A DNA stretch of 56,343 nucleotides from an uncultured Anaerolineales bacterium (lineage in GTDB: Bacteria > Chloroflexota > Anaerolineae > B4-G1 > SLSP01). A program made the translations under genes and the position numbers. The notes below the pieces were generated by a model. It had not been told where the DNA came from and searched no databases. It saw only the letters and a list, made by a program, of their open reading frames with translations. Of the stretch, positions 50,989 through 56,343 are shown in pieces (position 1 is the stretch's first letter; the number at the start of each line of letters is the position of its first letter). The DNA lies in the NCBI GenBank assembly GCA_964508025.1, contig CAZDSF010000004.1, forward strand, positions 1,625 through 57,967. The letters are read 5' to 3'.

Positions 50989-53748
50989 ATGGTTACGAAG
51001 ATCTCCGAGAAGCAGCACCCAGATTATGCGTGGAATGGCGCGGATTCCGCCGCCTTTCTGGAGGGCCTGAGCGCCAGCGAGCACATCATCGCTTTGGGCG
51101 AATCTGAGATGCTGTGTGCAGCGCAGGCTGCCTTTGTGAAATCCGGTTTGCGCCGCACTGGCAAGACGCGGGTGCTCGCGTTGGTGTCTGATGGCGCAGC
51201 GGAGTTGGCGCGGCTCTTGGAAGCGGAGGATGTGTCGGTGGTGGCGCACACGGCTGCTGGCAACTGGCTGGTGCTGACCCCGGCTTCGTTCCGCGATGTG
51301 ACGGGTTTGCCGGATTACAATGCCTTGGAGGCGGCGCTTTTCGATGCACAGGCAACGCTGATGGCGCCGGATGACCGGCTTTATGTGGTGCTGGATGTGG
51401 CTGGCTTGCTGCCGCATTGTGCTCGCCCTACGGAGTTGGTGGATCTGGAATTTCGCATTGCGGCCTGGGTACAGACATTGCCGGCGGTCTTTTTGTGCTG
51501 CTACGATCAACGGTTGTTTACGGCGCAGGAGTTGCTTTCCATTTTCGATCAACATCGGGTGGCGGCGACTGCGGCGGGATGGCGCTTGAATCCCCAATAC
51601 GTGCCGTCTGAGCCGCAACAGAGCGCCCACTTGCTTGAACGCCGCCTTCAGGCGTTATTGCCAGGCGCTTACGGTATTGCCATGCGCGCCGGCTCGCTGT
51701 TGACGGGAGAAGCGACAGCGCGCGCGCTTCATGCGATGGTCTGTGTATGTTCTCCTGACCATCGCGTGGAATATGCTAATCCGCAGTTCCGCTCGTATCT
51801 GGGTTACGATCCTGTTGGGCAATCCTGTTTCCAGGCTTTGCGCGATTTGGGCTATCCCTGTCCTGGAAGCATTCCGCGCCAGATTGTAGATACAGAAGCG
51901 GTGCATTGGGAAGTTTTCAGTGTCAAGGCGCAGCGGTGGTATTATGTTGTTTCCGTGCCTCTGCACCGCGAGGCTGGGCGCGTGGCGCGGCAACTGCTGC
52001 TGCAAGATATCACCGATCGGCGCGCTGCTGATGTGGATCACGAGCGCCTCCTCAGTACCCTGCATCGCCGCAATCTGCAATTGCAGACTGCGGCGCGTGT
52101 TTCGCGTTCGGTGACGCGCATTCTCGATCCACAGCAGCTGATGCATCGCACGGTGGAGTTGATCCGCGATAGTTTTGATTTCTACTATGTGGGCGTCTTT
52201 TTGGTAGATGTGCATGGCGAGTATGCTGTTTTGCAAGCGGGTACGGGCGAGGAAGGTCAGCGCATGTTGCGCAGCGGATACCGCCTGCCCTTACGCGGCT
52301 CCTCCATGGTCAGTTGGGCGATTGCTCAGGGCGCTGCGCGAATCGCCTGGGATGTGGGCGAGGATGAGGTGCACTTCGACAATCCCTATCTGCCCAAGAC
52401 GCGCTCGGAGATGGCTTTGCCGCTGATCAGCCGGGGGCGCTGTATCGGCGCGCTGACGATTCAGGGAACCGCGGCGGATGCGTTCACAGAGGAAGATCTG
52501 CCGGTGTTACAGACCATCGCCGATCATCTCTCCGGCGCTATCGAGAATGCCCGCCTCTTCGAAGCGGCGCAGAACGAGATCGCGGCGCGCGCGGAGATGG
52601 AGACCGCCTTGCTGCGGCGTAATCGCGAGCTGGCGCTGCTCAACCGCGCCGGACGTGCGTTGATCTCACACCTCGACCTGGATCAATTTCTGGCAACCGT
52701 CCTTGCCGAAGTGCAGCATCTATTGGAAGTACAATCCTCTTCAGTCTGGTTGCTTGATGCGGATACCCGGCAGTTGGTGTGTCGGCAGGCGAGCGGCCCG
52801 CGCAGCGATACTGTGCGCGGTTGGCGCCTGGCGGAAGGGCAGGGATTGGTGTGGTGGGCCGTGAGTCGTGGGCGGAGTCTGGTGGTGGCAGATGTGTTGC
52901 AGGATTCCCGCTTCTTCCCGGCGGTCAGTGAGCAAGCAGGGCTTGATGTGCGTTCTGTTATCAGTGTCCCGTTGTGGGTCAAGCAGAAGGTTATCGGCGC
53001 TTTGCAGGTAGTGGCTGAAACGGTGGGACCTTTCGATGCGGCGGAGGTCAATTTGCTAGAATCCATCGCTGCAACGATCACCATCGTGATCGAAAATGCC
53101 ACGTTGTATGAACAGGCCCGGCGCGATGCGGAGACGAAATCCATCTTGCTCAGTGAAGTCAATCATCGCGTGAAGAATAATCTGATGGCGATTATCGGCT
53201 TGTTGTACGCCGAACGCCGCCATGCGGAGATCTCCGAGCAACCGATGTACCAGCAGATCATTGATGAGATGATTGTGCGTTTGCAGGGCTTGACCACAGT
53301 TCACACCATGCTTTCGGATATGGAATGGATGCCCCTGCAGCTCACCCAACTGGTGGAGCAGGTGATTCGCTCTACATTAGACACTTTGCCGCACGGCGCG
53401 CAGGTATTAGCGACGGTTTCTGCTGCCGAAGCGCAAGTCACGCCGACGCAGGCGCATAATCTGGCGTTGATTATCAATGAGCTGGTGACGAACGTGCTGC
53501 GTCATGCGTTGCACAAAGCTGAGGGCGTCCATTTACGGGTAGCGGTGACGGCTGAGGATAGCATGTTGCGGTTGGAATTTGCTGATGATGGGCCAGGCTT
53601 CCCTGAGGACGTGTTGCGCTGGCAACGGTACAATGTGGGTATGGGCCTGATTCGCAATCTGGTGCAACGGACGTTGGGGGGGCAGGTGCTCTTGGCTAAT
53701 CGTGATGGTGCTGTGGTCACGCTGGTTTTTCGCAATGAAGTGTTGTGA
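50989..53748 (+). CDS. Sensor histidine kinase: MEDS-like, PAS, two GAF domains, HisKA_2 and HATPase
   Basis: LCCYDQRLF..HR..NPQYVP (MEDS-like), RSEMALPL..IGAL (GAF), EVNHRVKNNL, NELVTN..DDGPG..GMGL. Confidence 0.85.
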   Translation: MVTKISEKQHPDYAWNGADSAAFLEGLSASEHIIALGESEMLCAAQAAFVKSGLRRTGKTRVLALVSDGAAELARLLEAEDVSVVAHTAAGNWLVLTPASFRDVTGLPDYNALEAALFDAQATLMAPDDRLYVVLDVAGLLPHCARPTELVDLEFRIAAWVQTLPAVFLCCYDQRLFTAQELLSIFDQHRVAATAAGWRLNPQYVPSEPQQSAHLLERRLQALLPGAYGIAMRAGSLLTGEATARALHAMVCVCSPDHRVEYANPQFRSYLGYDPVGQSCFQALRDLGYPCPGSIPRQIVDTEAVHWEVFSVKAQRWYYVVSVPLHREAGRVARQLLLQDITDRRAADVDHERLLSTLHRRNLQLQTAARVSRSVTRILDPQQLMHRTVELIRDSFDFYYVGVFLVDVHGEYAVLQAGTGEEGQRMLRSGYRLPLRGSSMVSWAIAQGAARIAWDVGEDEVHFDNPYLPKTRSEMALPLISRGRCIGALTIQGTAADAFTEEDLPVLQTIADHLSGAIENARLFEAAQNEIAARAEMETALLRRNRELALLNRAGRALISHLDLDQFLATVLAEVQHLLEVQSSSVWLLDADTRQLVCRQASGPRSDTVRGWRLAEGQGLVWWAVSRGRSLVVADVLQDSRFFPAVSEQAGLDVRSVISVPLWVKQKVIGALQVVAETVGPFDAAEVNLLESIAATITIVIENATLYEQARRDAETKSILLSEVNHRVKNNLMAIIGLLYAERRHAEISEQPMYQQIIDEMIVRLQGLTTVHTMLSDMEWMPLQLTQLVEQVIRSTLDTLPHGAQVLATVSAAEAQVTPTQAHNLALIINELVTNVLRHALHKAEGVHLRVAVTAEDSMLRLEFADDGPGFPEDVLRWQRYNVGMGLIRNLVQRTLGGQVLLANRDGAVVTLVFRNEVL

Positions 53749-53767
53749 GGATCGGGGGAGGGGAGTG

Positions 53768-54943
53768 ATGCAGCAAACGCCGGTGCGTGTTCTGATCGCC
53801 GAGGATGATTATCTGGTTGGCGAGATGATCCGCGGGATGCTGGAAGGGCTGGGATATGCTGTCGTTGGCGACGCCATCAACGGTCAGGAGGCTGTAACGC
53901 TGACGCAAGAACTGCGCCCTGACGTGGTGTTGATGGATTGGAGTATGCCGGATATGGACGGCATTGCTGCTACGAAGCAGATCTTCGAGCTGTGTCCCAC
54001 GCCCGTAGTAATACTTTCGGCGCATAGCACGCGGGATTTGCTCGCGCAAGCCGGTGATGTCGGCGCGGGGGCGTATCTGGTGAAGCCGCCCAGTCGCGCG
54101 GAATTGGATCGCGCCATCACCATCGCGCGAGCGCGCTTCGATGACATGATCGAATTGCGCCGCCTCAATGCCGATTTGGAGATTCGTAACGCCGATCTGG
54201 ATGCTTTTGCTCGCATTGTGGCTCACGACCTGAATGATCCGCTGGCGCTTTTGATTGGCTATGCGGGCACCATCGAAATGTTTGCCATGGATTTGTCCGA
54301 TGCCGAGATTGCGGATCTGCTGAATCGTATCGTTCTGTACTCACAGCACATGGCTACCATCGTGGACGAGCTGTTGTTGTTGGTGCATCTTCGCAAATCT
54401 GATGTGATATTGGGGCCGGTCCAAATGCAAGATGTGGTGCAGGATGTGCTGGCTCGAATGCAGGACTCGATCCGGAAAACCAGGGGCGAGGTGCTTTTGC
54501 CCGCGACCTGGCCCGCTGTGTTGGGTTACGCTCCTTGGATTGCGCAAGTATGGGTGAATTATCTGAGCAACGCGCTCAAGTATGGGGGACGCTCAGAAGC
54601 GGGACTGCCTCCGAAGATGGAATTAGGATGGGCGCCGGTCGGCGCAGGTGGTGTAGACCGATTGTCGGAAGGGGGGCCCCGCGATAGTACGGTGGTCGCT
54701 TCATCCGCGCCTTTCATCCGTTTCTGGCTGCGTGATAACGGCATGGGGCTGACGCCGGAAGAGCAGGCGCGGCTTTTTCAGCCTTTCTCGCGGCTCGATT
54801 CGGTGCGGATCAAGGGGCATGGTTTGGGACTTTCCATCGTCCGTTTCATTGTCGAAAAACTTGGCGGGACGGTGGCGGTCGAGAGTGTCAAAGGGCAGGG
54901 GAGCACGTTCAGCTTCACACTGCCGGCAATGGTTGAGGCTTAA
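53768..54943 (+). CDS. Receiver-histidine kinase hybrid
   Basis: IAEDD..LMDWSMP..KP receiver; AHDLNDPL H-box; NYLSNALKY, DNGMG, GLGLSIV. Confidence 0.88.
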   Translation: MQQTPVRVLIAEDDYLVGEMIRGMLEGLGYAVVGDAINGQEAVTLTQELRPDVVLMDWSMPDMDGIAATKQIFELCPTPVVILSAHSTRDLLAQAGDVGAGAYLVKPPSRAELDRAITIARARFDDMIELRRLNADLEIRNADLDAFARIVAHDLNDPLALLIGYAGTIEMFAMDLSDAEIADLLNRIVLYSQHMATIVDELLLLVHLRKSDVILGPVQMQDVVQDVLARMQDSIRKTRGEVLLPATWPAVLGYAPWIAQVWVNYLSNALKYGGRSEAGLPPKMELGWAPVGAGGVDRLSEGGPRDSTVVASSAPFIRFWLRDNGMGLTPEEQARLFQPFSRLDSVRIKGHGLGLSIVRFIVEKLGGTVAVESVKGQGSTFSFTLPAMVEA

Positions 54944-54945
54944 GC

Positions 54946-54982
54946 CGTCACGAGCCAGAAATCAGTGACTTCTGACTCGTGA
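54946..54982. terminator. Imperfect inverted repeat between convergent genes
   Basis: GTCACGAGCCAGAA ... TTCTGACTCGTGAC (13/14 complementary). Confidence 0.55.
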
Positions 54983-54999
54983 CAACCGTTGATGCCCGG

Positions 55000-56235
55000 T
55001 TATTCGTAGCGCAGCGCGTCAATGGGATTGAGCGCCGCGGCGCGTTGCGCCGGATAGATGCCAAAGAACAATCCCACGGCGGCAGAGAAGAGCGTCGCCA
55101 GCAGCACGGAGCCTAAAGTAATCACGGCGCTGAAACCCTGCTCGCGCATCAAAGCGGAGATCGCTGTGGCCCCTGCCGCTCCGAAAGCGATTCCCAATGC
55201 GCCGCCTACGGTGGACAGCAGAATGGCTTCGATCAGGAATTGCCACAGAATATCGCGGCGGCGCGCTCCCACTGCTTTGCGCAACCCAATCTCCCGTGTG
55301 CGCTCGGTGACGGATACCAGCATGATATTCATGATGCCGATGCCGCCGACTAGCAGGCTGATGCCGGCGATGGCGCCGAGGAATACCGTCAGGACGCTGG
55401 TGATCTGTTGGAAGGTGCCGATGAGATCGGACTGGCTGATGATGGAGAAATCATCGGGATCGCCCGGCAGAATGTTGTGACGTTGGCGCAAAATCGCGGA
55501 GACCTCGGTGATGGCGGCATCCATACGGTCGCCGCTGAGGGCTTGCACGTAAATCATCGAGAGTCGCGGCTCGCCTTGGGGCGTGCGCCGCGAGAACAGC
55601 CGCGACACCGCGGTGCTCAGCGGCACGAAGACCACGTCGTCTTCACTGCCGAATTGTCCTCCGCCACGCTCTGCCATCACGCCAATGACGCGAAAAGGAA
55701 TGCTGTTGATGCGTACCAGTTCGCCGGTAGGATCCGGGGTATCAGGAAACAGCACATCTGCGACGATTTTTCCCAATACGACGACCCGCGCCTGGGTTTG
55801 TTCTTCTAAAGAGTTGATGAAACTCCCCGTTGCCGGGAACCACTCGCGCACCTCGGCATATTCCGCTGTCACGCCTTGCACCGTTGTGAATTTGTCGCGC
55901 CCCGGAATGGTGAGCCGACCATCCCCGCGCACCATCGGAGCGACGCGCAATACATCTGGCGCCAGGAGCGGATCGCGCAGGGCCTCCGCGTCTCTCAATG
56001 TGAGGTAGGCGGGGCGGTTGAGCTGCTCGCGGATCGAACCGGGAGTGACGAAGAAGATGTTGGTGCCAATGGATTGGAATTGCGCGGTGATATAGGCTTG
56101 CACGCCTTCACCCACCGAGAGCAGGGTGATCACCGCGCCGACGCCGATGATGATGCCGAGCATTGTCAGCACGGCGCGCAATTTGTTTGCCGCTAACGCC
56201 CGTAATGCCAGCCGGAGGCTTTCCATGAGTTTCAC
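55000..56235 (-). CDS. ABC transporter permease (MacB/FtsX family)
   Basis: LTMLGIIIGVGAVI, VGGIGIMNIMLVSVTERTREIGLRKAVGA, AAALNPIDALRYE. Confidence 0.93.
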   Translation of the reverse strand: MKLMESLRLALRALAANKLRAVLTMLGIIIGVGAVITLLSVGEGVQAYITAQFQSIGTNIFFVTPGSIREQLNRPAYLTLRDAEALRDPLLAPDVLRVAPMVRGDGRLTIPGRDKFTTVQGVTAEYAEVREWFPATGSFINSLEEQTQARVVVLGKIVADVLFPDTPDPTGELVRINSIPFRVIGVMAERGGGQFGSEDDVVFVPLSTAVSRLFSRRTPQGEPRLSMIYVQALSGDRMDAAITEVSAILRQRHNILPGDPDDFSIISQSDLIGTFQQITSVLTVFLGAIAGISLLVGGIGIMNIMLVSVTERTREIGLRKAVGARRRDILWQFLIEAILLSTVGGALGIAFGAAGATAISALMREQGFSAVITLGSVLLATLFSAAVGLFFGIYPAQRAAALNPIDALRYE

Positions 56236-56343
56236 TGGGCTGCCTCCTCAGGGGGCTGCGGCGCGCCGAAATTCGACGCGGCGGCATCAATAGGATGTGC
56301 AACCAGCTCTTCGTTCGAGATGACGCCGTCGAAGATGTGGATG
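56232..56343 (-). CDS. ABC transporter ATP-binding protein, C-terminal fragment at the window edge
   Basis: IHIFDGVISNEE..AQ*; GTGA overlap with the permease start. Confidence 0.6.
   Translation of the reverse strand, partial: IHIFDGVISNEELVAHPIDAAASNFGAPQPPEEAAQ

Overview
A GC-rich bacterial chromosomal window. The gene content (F420 genes, TIGR03960/TIGR03936-type pair, dnaG-rpoD, SBBP protein, four-helix-bundle cassette) suggests Chloroflexota/Anaerolineae, by inference only. 1-13.3 kb is a defence-island-like block: a ~1,775-aa YprA/DrmAB-like DEAD-box helicase with DUF1998 and a C-terminal DUF559-like nuclease (split by a frameshift in a G-rich repeat), a decayed SBBP beta-propeller gene, an AAA+ ATPase-HTH-PD-(D/E)xK gene with a 35-bp perfect palindrome over its promoter, a SNF2 helicase, a four-helix-bundle gene and an AbrB/PIN toxin-antitoxin pair. 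The most unusual signal is a family of 8-bp-periodic inverted tandem arrays, (GGTGACnn)n...(nnGTCACC)n. They bracket the small cassettes, supply three stop codons and a -35 box, and sit in frame inside both helicases, where every would-be in-frame TGA is mutated. 13.3-22 kb holds a candidate structured sRNA, transposase relics, tRNA-Lys(CTT) and a decaying membrane-protein islet. 22-26 kb is an F420 operon (npdG, cofE, LLM oxidoreductase, PreA-like flavoprotein). 26-56 kb is mostly housekeeping: radical SAM pair, rpoD, dnaG (with an AT-rich internal patch), ppa, RNases, hom, purB, two-component genes and an ABC permease. No CRISPR array, rRNA or reverse transcriptase was seen. All family assignments come from motif recognition by eye; no database search was run.
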